In this document: positions 18,943 through 29,158 of the stretch, piece after piece
Numbering within the stretch: the stretch's first letter is position 1
Layout of the letters: each line of letters starts with the position of its first letter
NCBI GenBank assembly: GCA_965242965.1
Contig: OZ251518.1
Location: 2,400,001-2,464,000 of the forward strand
Source: Candidatus Poribacteria bacterium
GTDB taxonomy: Bacteria > Poribacteria > WGA-4E > WGA-3G
DNA: 64,000 nt
Direction: 5' to 3'
Position numbers and translations under genes: made by a program
The notes under the pieces: generated by a model
Told to the model about the DNA's origin: nothing
What the model saw: the letters and a program-made list of their open reading frames with translations, nothing else
Databases searched by the model: none

Positions 18943-19713
18943 ATGCCGTCACCACGCCAGACGATGATTAAAGAGCGGCTTGTGGAGTGTATCCGGACTA
19001 AATTCCGCACCTACACGCCTGAAACGAACTATATGCCGTTCCACCACCGCTTGCTCGGCAGAGATAGGATGGCATTATTCTCTTTCATCCATTCCTTGAA
19101 TACGACATTCGGGGTTTCCATCTATGAGCCAGTCGCCCTTGAATTAGCACGTGAGCGATTTCGGCGCGTGGAAACACAGGTGAAACCTGCCGGGGAAATC
19201 AGCACGGAGGCTCACCGGCAAATCCAAACCATCATCGATGGATTGGTGCGCGCAACGCGAGAACCCGATAGAACCGTCGAAACAGAAGAAATTAGAGCGG
19301 TTTGTCAAGCAGGCGATTTAAACCGTGTGAAACTGACTCGGGTTGACATCTGGTTAGAAAACCATGAGGGGGAACTGTTTTTAATCGATCTGAAAACAGT
19401 CAAACCTAACGTGAAAGGGTTTGAGTCATACAAACGAACCCTCCTAGAGTGGACAGCAGCAGAACTGGCTCGTGCTCCAGAGGCTGCTATCCAAACGCTA
19501 ATTGGCATTCCCTACAATCCTTATGAACCGGAACCGTATCGTCGATGGACGATGAGAGGACTGTTTGACATGCCGAACGAAATTTTGGTAGCGGAAGAAC
19601 TCTGGAATTTTATCGGTGGAGAAGGCAGTTACGCAGATTTGCTAGTCGCTTTTGAACTCGCCGGGATGGAACTCCGGTCCGAAATTGACGAGTATTTTGA
19701 GAAGTTCCGATAG
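18943..19713 (+). CDS. type II restriction endonuclease, TdeIII/MjaII-like family
   Basis: MPFHHRLLG, FIHSLNTTFG, D...IDLKTVKPN, IPYNPY, VAEELWNFIGG; adjacent to the MTase. Confidence 0.8.
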   Translation: MPSPRQTMIKERLVECIRTKFRTYTPETNYMPFHHRLLGRDRMALFSFIHSLNTTFGVSIYEPVALELARERFRRVETQVKPAGEISTEAHRQIQTIIDGLVRATREPDRTVETEEIRAVCQAGDLNRVKLTRVDIWLENHEGELFLIDLKTVKPNVKGFESYKRTLLEWTAAELARAPEAAIQTLIGIPYNPYEPEPYRRWTMRGLFDMPNEILVAEELWNFIGGEGSYADLLVAFELAGMELRSEIDEYFEKFR

Positions 19714-19734
19714 CCTTTCGCGCCTCAGGATTGG

Positions 19735-20757
19735 ATGTCTATGAAAGTTGACAACACTTTTGACAAAACCGAGTTAAAAAAACGGCTCAACGCCGCATAC
19801 GCTCTCAACCTGCAAACCCTCACTTTTCTACCGGAAGGCGAAGATAGTTACGGCTATATCGCCACCTCCGAAACAGGGGAACGCTATTTTGCCAAAGCCT
19901 CCTCTTCCGTGCCGGAGGCATCTTTGCATATCGCTACGCACTTACGAGAACAGGGCGGCATAGCCGAAGTTGTCGCGCCTTTGAAAACGCAAGCAGGCGC
20001 GCTCAGCATCGCATGGCACGATTTTCGCGTCTCTCTATTTCCGTTCATTGCCGGTAAAAGCCGATGGGACTTGTGGAAAATCGGAGAAGATTTCACCGAT
20101 GCAGCATTGGCGAAGTGCGGCGAATTGCTCGCAAAAATCCACAACTGTCCAGAACCCATCGCGCCGGTGATGGCCACGAAAACCACATATCAATTGCCTC
20201 TTCGGCACGAACTTTTCGCCGTTCTCAATGCCGCTGAGAACGGCACGCCGTGTCAAAACCGCTATCAACGCCAACTGCTGGAAGCACTCTCTCTGCACCG
20301 CGCAGCTATTCTGCAAACCTTGGAGAGATATGATAACCTCGGACATTCAGCGGAAGCACTGCAAACGCCGTTTGTCATCACACACGGAGATGCGACACCG
20401 GGCAATCTCATTCTAGATACCGAAGACCGGATGCACCTGATCGATTGGGACGGTGCATGCCTCGGGCCACCTGAGAAGGACCTGGTTTCTTTCACCGGTG
20501 AACAGTTTGAGATAGTTCTGGCGGCATATCTGAAACACCGCTATGCAGCCTTACACGCCGATATTTTCGGTTTCTATATTTACGAATGGACGCTCAACGA
20601 AATCCGAGATTACGGCATGAAAATCTTGTTTAAAAACAGCGACGCACAGCAGAATGAATACGACTGGGAAAGCCTGCAAGAATATCTACCGCCAGCCCAG
20701 GACGCTATGGAGGTAGGCATAGAGGCTCTTCACAAAATTTTGGGCAGAATTTTGTAG
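19735..20757 (+). CDS. aminoglycoside phosphotransferase/choline kinase family protein
   Basis: THGDATPGN, LIDWD, PPEKDL. Confidence 0.8.
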   Translation: MSMKVDNTFDKTELKKRLNAAYALNLQTLTFLPEGEDSYGYIATSETGERYFAKASSSVPEASLHIATHLREQGGIAEVVAPLKTQAGALSIAWHDFRVSLFPFIAGKSRWDLWKIGEDFTDAALAKCGELLAKIHNCPEPIAPVMATKTTYQLPLRHELFAVLNAAENGTPCQNRYQRQLLEALSLHRAAILQTLERYDNLGHSAEALQTPFVITHGDATPGNLILDTEDRMHLIDWDGACLGPPEKDLVSFTGEQFEIVLAAYLKHRYAALHADIFGFYIYEWTLNEIRDYGMKILFKNSDAQQNEYDWESLQEYLPPAQDAMEVGIEALHKILGRIL

Positions 20758-20840
20758 CGGCGATTTCTAGAGTCGCCCTACACGCTATTATTAGGGTGGA
20801 TTTCTACGTCCATCTACATCCCCGATAAGGGAGGACACCC

Positions 20841-21569
20841 ATGTCTCAAATCAAATCCGTGCTATTGTGGGAAAACCAACGCCGTTATATCCGCGAGGCT
20901 ATCGATGCCGGCACCCTCAAAGGCGCGATTATCCCTACCGGCAGCACAGAGCAGCACAACGAACACCTCGCGATGTACCACGATACGCAAAGTGCTGTTT
21001 ACGTTTCCAAATTAGCGGCGGAAAAGTTGTTTCCGCAGGTTATCGTCACGACACCGCTGGCGATTGGCGTATCGGAACACTGGATGGACCACAAGGGCAC
21101 GCTTACGTTGCGCCCCGAGGTCTTCGGCGAAGTGCTTTACGATGTCGCCGATAGCATCCGCCGACACGGTATCCATAACATCTTGATTGTCAACGGGCAC
21201 GCCGGTAATACGGCACCCGTGCAGGAACGTTTGGACGGATTCCGCGCCAGACTCGGCATTAACCTCGCGTATCACTCTTATTGGGAGGCATACAGCGAAG
21301 AATTGGTGCAGGAACAGATGGAATCCGGGGTCTGCCCTGGGCACGCGGCGGAGTTCGAGACAGCGTTCGCCCTCGCCGCCTTCCCCGAAAACGTGGATTG
21401 GAACGGCGTAGACTACAACGGCGCGAAACTCACCATCTCCAATGCCGGGCAAGCGGCAGCAGACAGGGAGTATCATCACCAAGCCAAATTGGCGACTGCC
21501 GAAAAGGGCCAAGCAATGCTCGATGTCGCCGTGGCATGGGTTACGGAACGGATGCAGGCGATGTTTTAG
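20841..21569 (+). CDS. creatininase family protein
   Basis: PTGSTEQHNEHL, GVSEHW, VNGHAGN, HAAEFET. Confidence 0.9.
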   Translation: MSQIKSVLLWENQRRYIREAIDAGTLKGAIIPTGSTEQHNEHLAMYHDTQSAVYVSKLAAEKLFPQVIVTTPLAIGVSEHWMDHKGTLTLRPEVFGEVLYDVADSIRRHGIHNILIVNGHAGNTAPVQERLDGFRARLGINLAYHSYWEAYSEELVQEQMESGVCPGHAAEFETAFALAAFPENVDWNGVDYNGAKLTISNAGQAAADREYHHQAKLATAEKGQAMLDVAVAWVTERMQAMF

Positions 21570-21598
21570 GCGCGATGTCCCGCGGTTGCGTTGGAGCG

Positions 21599-21625
21599 GT
21601 AGGCGCGGTTTGAAACCGCGCCTAC
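21599..21625. repeat. single palindromic REP between convergent genes
   Basis: GTAGGCGCGGTTTGAAACCGCGCCTAC, a perfect inverted repeat. Confidence 0.75.
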
Positions 21626-21635
21626 CGGCTTGGAT

Positions 21636-22424
21636 TTAATGTCCTTCAAGTGCCTTCCGCAACCCATCGCCGTGTTCGCGCCACCAACTATAGAGAATGG
21701 AGATATCGGTGCCGATGCAGAAATGCCGCACGCCCATATCTAAATATCGTTTCGCCCCATCGGCACTGCCAATCTCCGCGCGTGGGGGCACACCCATCTT
21801 TAGCGAAGTCTCAAAGACTTTGCGTTCCGCCGCTTGGATTTCGGGCGCGCCGCGCTGCCCCGCCATGCCGACGCTCATCGAATAATCCGCGCCGCCCCAC
21901 TGAATCATGTCAACGCCTTCAACCGCCAGCACCTCTTCGAGATTTTCGACGGTGCCTTTCTTCTCAATCATGATGACGACGACGACATCGCGGAGTGCCT
22001 GAATGTAGTCCGGGCTCCCCCCGTATCCCATATAAGAGAATCGACGGGTTGCGACACCATAACTGCCGCCATCTTCGGGTGTATCGGCGCGCGTAATGCG
22101 AACGCATTCCTTCACATCCTCAACGTTTTGGCAATCGGCGTAAAGCACACTCTGGAAGCCGGAACCGATAGCGCGTTGCGCGAGGAAGCCGCGCGGCTCC
22201 TGGTCTACTTTAATCATCGTTGAGATGTTATGCAGTTCCGCCGCCCGGCACAGATTGTCCAAATCGTGCAGGTCAAACGGGCCATACTCCCCAACGAATT
22301 CAACGTAGTCATACATCCCAGTGTGGCCGATTGCCTCCACGATGGAGGGCCACGTCGTGTGGATGTGCGTGCCGACGGTAGGTTTATCGGCGTTCAATAA
22401 CTCTCGAAAGGTATTTTTTCTCAT
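21636..22424 (-). CDS. HpcH/HpaI aldolase family protein
   Basis: YDYVEFVGEY, IMIEKK..VENLEEVLAVEGVD, GGADYSMS. Confidence 0.85.
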   Translation of the reverse strand: MRKNTFRELLNADKPTVGTHIHTTWPSIVEAIGHTGMYDYVEFVGEYGPFDLHDLDNLCRAAELHNISTMIKVDQEPRGFLAQRAIGSGFQSVLYADCQNVEDVKECVRITRADTPEDGGSYGVATRRFSYMGYGGSPDYIQALRDVVVVIMIEKKGTVENLEEVLAVEGVDMIQWGGADYSMSVGMAGQRGAPEIQAAERKVFETSLKMGVPPRAEIGSADGAKRYLDMGVRHFCIGTDISILYSWWREHGDGLRKALEGH

Positions 22425-22570
22425 CAATTTCACCTCGTGCTGTTCGGAAGATTTTTCGCTGAAAACTCAACGTCTCTATATTAGCAGCGTCCCGCACTTT
22501 TTTCAACTGAAAAATGGTTGCATCACAAAGCGATGTGTGTTAAAATTATTCACGGCAACGGAGGTATCTC

Positions 22571-23353
22571 ATGGAAAAAAGTTTTCTATTACCCACAAAT
22601 TTCGGTGACTATCTGACAATTGAAAACGCTGCGCAACGCTTTGAAGAGGCGACAGACGTGGCATTGAAAGTTTCCAATGCAGGTGTAAGACTGTATGCCA
22701 CCATGGATCACGCTGCGATTTTCTGTGACCCGCCGCATCTCGTCGCTGGCGGTTTGAAACAGGTAGGCTATGTGAACGGCTGGGATGCGCGGTGTTACCC
22801 TTCGCCTGTCGATGGACACGATTACATCAACGTCTCGGCGCGATTGCCCGAACGTCATCCAGCGCGCGCTTCCGGGTGGTTTGACTACGTCGCTGTCGTG
22901 CATCCCGTTGACGAACCTGCGCGGCAACACATGCTTGGGCAAGGGTATGGCAATCCGTTTATCCACCACCTGACGTGGGGCATCGTTCCCTTACAGCGCG
23001 CCGATGCTGACGATTTCACTTACGCCAGCCGAGTCGTTCCGGATATGGTTGAGAAACGCGAGATTATCGGGAACGCCATCGGCGACGCGCCCGGCACGCT
23101 GATTATTGCGCTGCCCGAGAACGTCATCGCCGATGCGCGCTTTGAAGAGGCACTGCCCGAGTGGCTGGGGGCCCTTGATGAGGAAGAATATCAGGTCGAA
23201 GCAATGCAGGGCGGCGGCTTCCTCATCCAGTTTTTCGTGCTGACTGGCGGCAGGATTGAGGTAGCGATGCGTGCGGATACAACGCAGACGTTTAATCCGA
23301 AGAGCGTGCACAAAATCTCGGCGGATGAAATTAGTGCTGTGCAGGGAGAATAA
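22571..23353 (+). CDS. hypothetical protein (possible VOC/glyoxalase-like fold)
   Basis: GGAGG RBS, 260-aa ORF; DHAA, HHLTWG and LIQFF motifs. Confidence 0.65.
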   Translation: MEKSFLLPTNFGDYLTIENAAQRFEEATDVALKVSNAGVRLYATMDHAAIFCDPPHLVAGGLKQVGYVNGWDARCYPSPVDGHDYINVSARLPERHPARASGWFDYVAVVHPVDEPARQHMLGQGYGNPFIHHLTWGIVPLQRADADDFTYASRVVPDMVEKREIIGNAIGDAPGTLIIALPENVIADARFEEALPEWLGALDEEEYQVEAMQGGGFLIQFFVLTGGRIEVAMRADTTQTFNPKSVHKISADEISAVQGE

Positions 23354-23367
23354 GTTTTGCGTTTTCC

Positions 23368-23396
23368 TTGACACCGGCAATGTTGTGTGGTATCCT
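23368..23396 (+). promoter_or_regulatory. sigma70-type promoter with no nearby ORF
   Basis: TTGACA-N17-TATCCT with TG extension. Confidence 0.5.
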
Positions 23397-23580
23397 TAAA
23401 GGCAAACGCCTTCTGCCCCAGAAGTCGTCAGCGTTTCAATAGACATGCTGAAACGATGCACGGAAAGTCAAAGCGCGCGGCGAAAATGCGATATGTATAC
23501 TTTTTATACATATCCTGTCAAAATATGGTGGAAAATGACAACAAAGGCACAATTCGATCCAAATATCCCATGGGACAGAG

Positions 23581-24291
23581 CCGTAGGAGAGCCCTCCTGG
23601 TCTCGATGCGAGCGGTGTCCCGGTAGGAGAGCCCTCCTGGTCTCGATGCGTTTTGTTGCTGTGCTATCGGGACAAGGATGTCCCTCCTACCGGTCTCGAT
23701 GCGTTCGGCGGTTCCCGTAGGGCGAGGGCCTGTCCCTCGCCGTGCCAAAATTCTCCTTTCACCGTAGGGCGAGGGCCTGTCCCTCGCCATGCACAGGTCT
23801 GAGCAGCAAACATCCGAGGTCTATGAGCTGCAGGCGTTTTTCGCGGAGATCGGCAGATCGCGGGGGACAGGCCCCCGCGCTACGGTAAGAAATAAGAAAT
23901 CGTCCCCGTTCACCGTAGGGCGAGGGCCTGTCCCTCGCCGTGCCTAAGGTCCCTTAGGTCCTTAATATGATTTTTCACGTCTTGTCTCCCGCACATTAAG
24001 GTCCTAACGGACCTTGAAAAGTTTGGCAGACCGGGGTTTCTATAGACATGCAGGTCTTAAAAGACCTGAAGAGGCATCCATTGCAAAAAGCATGCTCGTT
24101 GCGCGGGAGATAATCTTGTAAATCGTGTAAATCCTGTAAATCCTGATTCAGACTATTAAGATTGCGGGGGAAACCCGCTCGGATGCGCGGATGGCATCCG
24201 AGGGCCCCCGCGCTACGAACTACGGACGTTTGAGGCATCGAGACCAGGAGGTCTCTCCTACCGGGAAGGCATCAAGATATGAAACCCCCTC
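23581..24291. repeat. large REP mosaic ending in a solo right TIR
   Basis: At least 5 hairpin module types; TATGAAACCCCCTC ends at 24291. Confidence 0.8.
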
Positions 24292-24388
24292 ACTTAACTG
24301 TGGCGGAGCCCTTGACGATGCACGGGTGGCAGGAGCACGCGGTAAAATCAATACGCATCCTTTTTGTAGATATAGGAGGATTTCCTCA

Positions 24389-24994
24389 ATGCCGTATAGC
24401 AATTTTACGTTAGAAAAAGTGCGGAAAACGTTTCATTTAGAGGCGTTTGAAGAGGCGGACATCTCCTCTGACATCGAACCGGTAAGTCCAAGCGCAGAAC
24501 TTACCAAGGCATTGTCGCGCAATGTGCCGGTAGCGAAAGCCATCAACACTGAGAAGGCGAAATCGGAAATGATTGTCGCTAATGTTCTCCTTGAACTTCG
24601 CGAGCACTTTGAGCGGCGTATCAGTCTTTTTTCAGGTATCGATTTCAACGTTGACGACAAGACAGAATTAACCGGCGTGTGCGACTTCCTCGTCAGTCTG
24701 TCTCCGGTGCAATTTCATTTAGAGGCACCCATCATCATTCTTGTAGAGGCGAAGAAGGATGATCTGACGGTTGGATTCGGGCAGTGTGTCGCGGAGATGG
24801 TGGCCGCCCAACGCTTTAATGCCGAGAGAGGCAATGACATCCGTTGCGTTTATGGTGCTGCCACATCAGGAATAGTGTGGCAATTCCTCAAATTGGAGGG
24901 ACAAGCACTCTATATTGATAGCACCGTGTATGTAATCGGGCAGTGCGGCAAAATCCTCGGCATCCTCGCCAGTATGGTGGAACAAAAGGCATGA
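24389..24994 (+). CDS. PD-(D/E)xK-like protein, paralog 1 (201 aa)
   Basis: AGGAGG-like RBS; EKAKSE, GVCDFLVS, IILVEAKK, GQCVAEM. Confidence 0.75.
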   Translation: MPYSNFTLEKVRKTFHLEAFEEADISSDIEPVSPSAELTKALSRNVPVAKAINTEKAKSEMIVANVLLELREHFERRISLFSGIDFNVDDKTELTGVCDFLVSLSPVQFHLEAPIIILVEAKKDDLTVGFGQCVAEMVAAQRFNAERGNDIRCVYGAATSGIVWQFLKLEGQALYIDSTVYVIGQCGKILGILASMVEQKA

Positions 24995-25009
24995 ACCGGA
25001 GATGAACAG

Positions 25010-25615
25010 ATGGCATACAGCAACTTCACCCTAGATTCGGTGGAAGCAGCGTTTCAGTTAGAAGTCGTTGAACGCGCGGGTATCTTTTCTGGGATAGAAC
25101 CGGTGGCACCGAGCCTCTATCTATCAACAGGCTTAGCCAAAAAGGTTGCACTGGCCACCGCGATAGGCACTGAGAAAGCGCGTTCGGAACTCATTGTTGC
25201 CGACATTCTCGTTGAACTGCGGGAACATTTCGAGTTTCGCATTAGCTTTTTTTCGGGGATTGACTTCAACGTTGATGCAGAAAACGAACTCACCGGTGTC
25301 TGCGATTTCTTAGTGAGTCTATCCCCTAGACAATCGCTTTTAAAGGCACCTATCATCGCGCTGGTGGAAGCAAAGAACGTTGACGTGAAACAAGGACGAG
25401 GACAGTGTGTGGCGGAGATGATTGCCGCCCAACGCTTTAACGCCGACAAAGGCAATGACATCCCCCGCATTTACGGTGCATCGACTACGGGAACGGAGTG
25501 GCAGTTCCTGAAATTAGAGGAGAAGTGCCTGCACCTAGATATGGATACCTACCCTATCCAGCGGTGCGATGCAATCCTCGGCATCCTCGCCAGTATGGTG
25601 GAACAAAAAGCATGA
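25010..25615 (+). CDS. PD-(D/E)xK-like protein, paralog 2 (201 aa)
   Basis: GVCDFLVS...LVEAKN. Confidence 0.75.
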   Translation: MAYSNFTLDSVEAAFQLEVVERAGIFSGIEPVAPSLYLSTGLAKKVALATAIGTEKARSELIVADILVELREHFEFRISFFSGIDFNVDAENELTGVCDFLVSLSPRQSLLKAPIIALVEAKNVDVKQGRGQCVAEMIAAQRFNADKGNDIPRIYGASTTGTEWQFLKLEEKCLHLDMDTYPIQRCDAILGILASMVEQKA

Positions 25616-25630
25616 ACGGGAGATAAGCCG

Positions 25631-26236
25631 ATGGAGTCCAGCAACTTCACCCTAGAAATAGCGCGGAAGAGGTTTCAACTTGAAGAAACTCAATCTATCG
25701 GCATCTTCGCCGACATAGAGCCGGTGACACCGCGTGCGCACTTTATCACCGAGTTCGCGGATAGAGTGTCAATCGCCGCCGCTATAAACACCGAGAAGGC
25801 AAAATCGGAACTCCTTGTCGCCGAAGTGCTGTTTGAGCTCCGCGCGCACTGCACCCGGCAGATAAGTTTTTTTTCGGGGATTGACTTCAACGTGAATGCC
25901 GATGATGAACTCACGGGTGTATGCGACTTTCTCGTGAGTCTGTCGCCAAATCAATTTGATTTAGAAGCACCTGTCATCATTCTCGTAGAGGCAAAGCGGG
26001 ATGCACCGGCATTCGGCTTGGGGCAGTGTGTGGCGGAGATGATTGCCGCTCAACGCTTTAATACCGACAAAGGCAATGACATCCCCCGCATTTACGGTGT
26101 CTCCACCACCGGCACCGAGTGGCTATTCCTCAAATTAGAGGAACGGCACCTGCAAATTGATCGGGATATCTACCACATCAAGCAGTGCGGCGCAATCCTC
26201 GGCATCCTCGCCTGCATGGTGGAACAAAAAGCGTGA
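25631..26236 (+). CDS. PD-(D/E)xK-like protein, paralog 3 (201 aa)
   Basis: GVCDFLVS...LVEAKR. Confidence 0.75.
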   Translation: MESSNFTLEIARKRFQLEETQSIGIFADIEPVTPRAHFITEFADRVSIAAAINTEKAKSELLVAEVLFELRAHCTRQISFFSGIDFNVNADDELTGVCDFLVSLSPNQFDLEAPVIILVEAKRDAPAFGLGQCVAEMIAAQRFNTDKGNDIPRIYGVSTTGTEWLFLKLEERHLQIDRDIYHIKQCGAILGILACMVEQKA

Positions 26237-26270
26237 CTCAAATGCCCCTGGAACAGTGAGGTGATTTCAG

Positions 26271-26876
26271 ATGGCGTATAGCAACTTTACGTTAGATTCG
26301 GCAGTGAAAGCGTTTGATTTAGAAATCGTTGAATCCGCCGCTCTTTTCTCTCCAATAGAGCCGATAGTCCCGCGGCCCCATTTCATAACCGATTTGGCGA
26401 AAAAGGCGAAGGTCGCGGCCGCTATCGGCACCGAAAAGGCGAAGTCCGAACTCATCGTCGCCAGCGTGCTGTTTGAACTCCTTGAGAACACTGATTTCGG
26501 CATCAGCCTGTTTTCAGGCATTGAATTCAACGTTGATAACGAAAAGGGGTTGAACGGGGTGTGTGATTTCTTAGTCAGTTTGTCACCGGTGCAATATCTC
26601 TTACAGACACCTGTTATTGTCCTCGTTGCAGCGAAAAAAGATAACGTGAGAGAGGGCCTCGGGCAGTGTATCGCCGAAATGGTGGCCGCCCAACGCTTTA
26701 ACTCGGAAATGGAAAATGACATCGCCCGCGTTTATGGTGCATCTACGACAGGGAGGGATTGGCAATTCCTTACATTAGCGGAAAGGCAGCTGCACTTGGA
26801 TAGGGAGATTTACCACATCCAGCAGTGCGACAAAATCCTCGGCATTCTCACCAGCATGGTGGCGCAAAATGCGTGA
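26271..26876 (+). CDS. PD-(D/E)xK-like protein, paralog 4 (201 aa; ExK changed to AxK)
   Basis: GVCDFLVS...LVAAKK. Confidence 0.75.
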   Translation: MAYSNFTLDSAVKAFDLEIVESAALFSPIEPIVPRPHFITDLAKKAKVAAAIGTEKAKSELIVASVLFELLENTDFGISLFSGIEFNVDNEKGLNGVCDFLVSLSPVQYLLQTPVIVLVAAKKDNVREGLGQCIAEMVAAQRFNSEMENDIARVYGASTTGRDWQFLTLAERQLHLDREIYHIQQCDKILGILTSMVAQNA

Positions 26877-26899
26877 GTCGCGCGCATTAAAAAATAAAT

Positions 26900-26928
26900 T
26901 TGCAATTCGCGCGGCAATATGGTATAAT
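26900..26928 (+). promoter_or_regulatory. pyr operon promoter
   Basis: TTGCAA-N17-TATAAT with TG extension. Confidence 0.7.
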
Positions 26929-26959
26929 TAAAAGCAATGAGGATATTATGCACGCAAAA

Positions 26960-26993
26960 CCTTTTTAATCCCATCCGGCGAGGTGGAAAAAGG
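26960..26993 (+). promoter_or_regulatory. PyrR-binding RNA stem-loop
   Basis: CCTTTTTAATCCCATCCGGCGAGGTGGAAAAAGG fits the CUUUAA...UCCNGNGAGGY PyrR loop consensus and lies upstream of pyrR. Confidence 0.75.
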
Positions 26994-27168
26994 ATGTTCA
27001 GTTACACGCTGGGAGTCGGAACTCCCGTTCACTGTCAACTTCATTGTCAGCTACACGCGCACCAACGGATAACGCACGCGCATTCCTGCGCGCCGCGCAC
27101 CATTGCATCCAAACCCATCGTCTTTCACTTGCACGCCGCCGTTATTGAACAGAAAACCGCCGAATTCT

Positions 27169-27209
27169 GCCTTGCTCATCGTTTTTTGATGTGCAAGGCT
27201 TCTTTTTTT
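27169..27209 (+). terminator. intrinsic terminator (attenuator) in the pyrR leader
   Basis: GCCTTGCTCATC...GATGTGCAAGGC hairpin followed by TTCTTTTTTT. Confidence 0.75.
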
Positions 27210-27223
27210 GTAGGAATAAACAG

Positions 27224-27760
27224 ATGCACGAAAAAGCACAAGTCATGAACGCCGAAGACATCCGGCGCGCCTTAATGCGTATCGCACACGAAATTTTGGA
27301 GCGGAACCACCAGCACATCGCTGATTTGGTGCTTGTCGGTGTGAAAAGCCGCGGCGATACGCTCGCGCACCGCATCGCGCAAAACATTGAACGCATTGAA
27401 AACGTTGATATCAAGGTTGGCGCGATTGATGTCACCCTCTACCGCGACGATATCAACCTCTATGAAACGCAGATGCAGGTGAACAGCACGGAAATCCCGT
27501 TTGACATTACCGGCAAGCGGGTTATTCTCGTAGATGAGGTGCTTTACACGGGCCGCACAATTCGCGCCGCGATGGATGCCCTCATGGATTTCGGCAGGCC
27601 CGCCGCCATCCAACTCGCCGCACTCGTCGATAGAGGCCACCGCGAACTCCCCATCTCAGCGGACTACATCGGCAAAAACGTGCCGACTGCGCGGAAAGAG
27701 TTCGTCCGCGTGCAACTTGTTGAAGAACACGGCGTGGATGCCGCGATAATCTATGAATAG
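27224..27760 (+). CDS. pyrR: pyrimidine operon regulator / uracil phosphoribosyltransferase
   Basis: RIAHEILERN, DVTLYRDD, VDEVLYTGRTIRAAMDAL, DRGHRELPI. Confidence 0.95.
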   Translation: MHEKAQVMNAEDIRRALMRIAHEILERNHQHIADLVLVGVKSRGDTLAHRIAQNIERIENVDIKVGAIDVTLYRDDINLYETQMQVNSTEIPFDITGKRVILVDEVLYTGRTIRAAMDALMDFGRPAAIQLAALVDRGHRELPISADYIGKNVPTARKEFVRVQLVEEHGVDAAIIYE

Positions 27761-27856
27761 AAAAGCGGAAAATGGGCAAGAAAAGGCAACGTCTTTTCGG
27801 TGTCTTTTCTGCCCGATAAGCCAAACGCAGCTGAACAACCGCTAGGAACAACAAAA

Positions 27857-29158
27857 ATGCTTATTCAGAACGGCCGCATCATCGAACCCGCGAACAACGT
27901 TAACGAGATTGGCGACATCCTCATTATTGATGGAAAAATCGCGCAAGTCGGCGGCAAAATTACAGCACCGACAGCAGAAGTCCAACGCATTGACGCAACC
28001 GGGATGATTGTCGCGCCGGGGCTCATCGACATGCACGTCCACCTGCGAGAACCGGGATTTGAACATAAAGAGACGATTGCGACTGGCACAGCGGCGGCGG
28101 ATGCCGGCGGGTTCACCTCTGTCGCCTGCATGGCGAATACGTCACCGGTGACAGATTCGCCAGCACGGATTCAGCACATCAAAGACATCGCGCACAAGAA
28201 CGCGAAGACGAACGTTTTCCCGATAGGGAGCATTACCAAAAACCTCGCGGGGGAGGGACTCTCTGATATCCGCGGCATGCTCGCCGCCGGTGCAGTCGGC
28301 ATCAGCGATGATGGCGTTACCGTGATGAACGCCGAACTGATGCGCCAGGCGTTGGCACTCAGCGCGGAACTCGATTTTCCTGTCATGGTTCACTGCGAAG
28401 AGCACAACCTCAACGCCGGTGCCGTGATGAACCTCGGCGAGACATCGCGAAGGCTGAATCTCAAAGGGAGCCCGAATGCAGCGGAGGACATCATCGTCGC
28501 GCGCGACATCCTGTTGGCGGAGATGACAGGCGGACACGTGCATATCCTGCACGTCAGCACGGCAGGCGCGGTTGAACTCGTGCGGCAAGGAAAACAGCGC
28601 GGCGTTCACGTTACGGCGGAAGCGTGCCCACACCACTGGCTCCTCACCGATGCAGCGGTGGAAAAACAGGGAACGAACGCCAAGATGCATCCGCCGCTGC
28701 GCGCGCAAGCGGATATTGACGCAGTCCTTGAAGGGTTACGCGATGGCACTATCGACTCGATTGCGACGGACCACGCGCCGCACGCGCCCGAAGAAAAGGC
28801 ACTCGGCATGCAAAACGCACCCAACGGGATTATCGGTTTGGAAACGTGCGTGCCGCTCGTTTTGACGCACCTCGTGGAGGCAGGACATCTCACGTTATCC
28901 GAGGCGATTGCGAAACTTACTTGCATCCCAGCGGAAATCCTCGGCATCAAACGTGGTACATTGTCCATCGGCACCGTGGCGGACATGACTCTCATCGCTC
29001 TGGATAAAGTGGCTAAAGTGGACGTGGCAAAATCCCAGTCAAAAAGCAGAAACACGCCTTTTGATGGATGGGAATTGAAGGGATGGCCCGCAATGGTTAT
29101 CCGCGGCGGTATCAAACCGGCCACGGCCCGTAGCGCGAGGGCCTATCGCGGCCCGTAG
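27857..29158 (+). CDS. pyrC: dihydroorotase
   Basis: DMHVHLREPG, HVST, PPLR, ATDHAPH, SRNTPF; the C-terminal tail is encoded by a REP. Confidence 0.95.
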   Translation: MLIQNGRIIEPANNVNEIGDILIIDGKIAQVGGKITAPTAEVQRIDATGMIVAPGLIDMHVHLREPGFEHKETIATGTAAADAGGFTSVACMANTSPVTDSPARIQHIKDIAHKNAKTNVFPIGSITKNLAGEGLSDIRGMLAAGAVGISDDGVTVMNAELMRQALALSAELDFPVMVHCEEHNLNAGAVMNLGETSRRLNLKGSPNAAEDIIVARDILLAEMTGGHVHILHVSTAGAVELVRQGKQRGVHVTAEACPHHWLLTDAAVEKQGTNAKMHPPLRAQADIDAVLEGLRDGTIDSIATDHAPHAPEEKALGMQNAPNGIIGLETCVPLVLTHLVEAGHLTLSEAIAKLTCIPAEILGIKRGTLSIGTVADMTLIALDKVAKVDVAKSQSKSRNTPFDGWELKGWPAMVIRGGIKPATARSARAYRGP

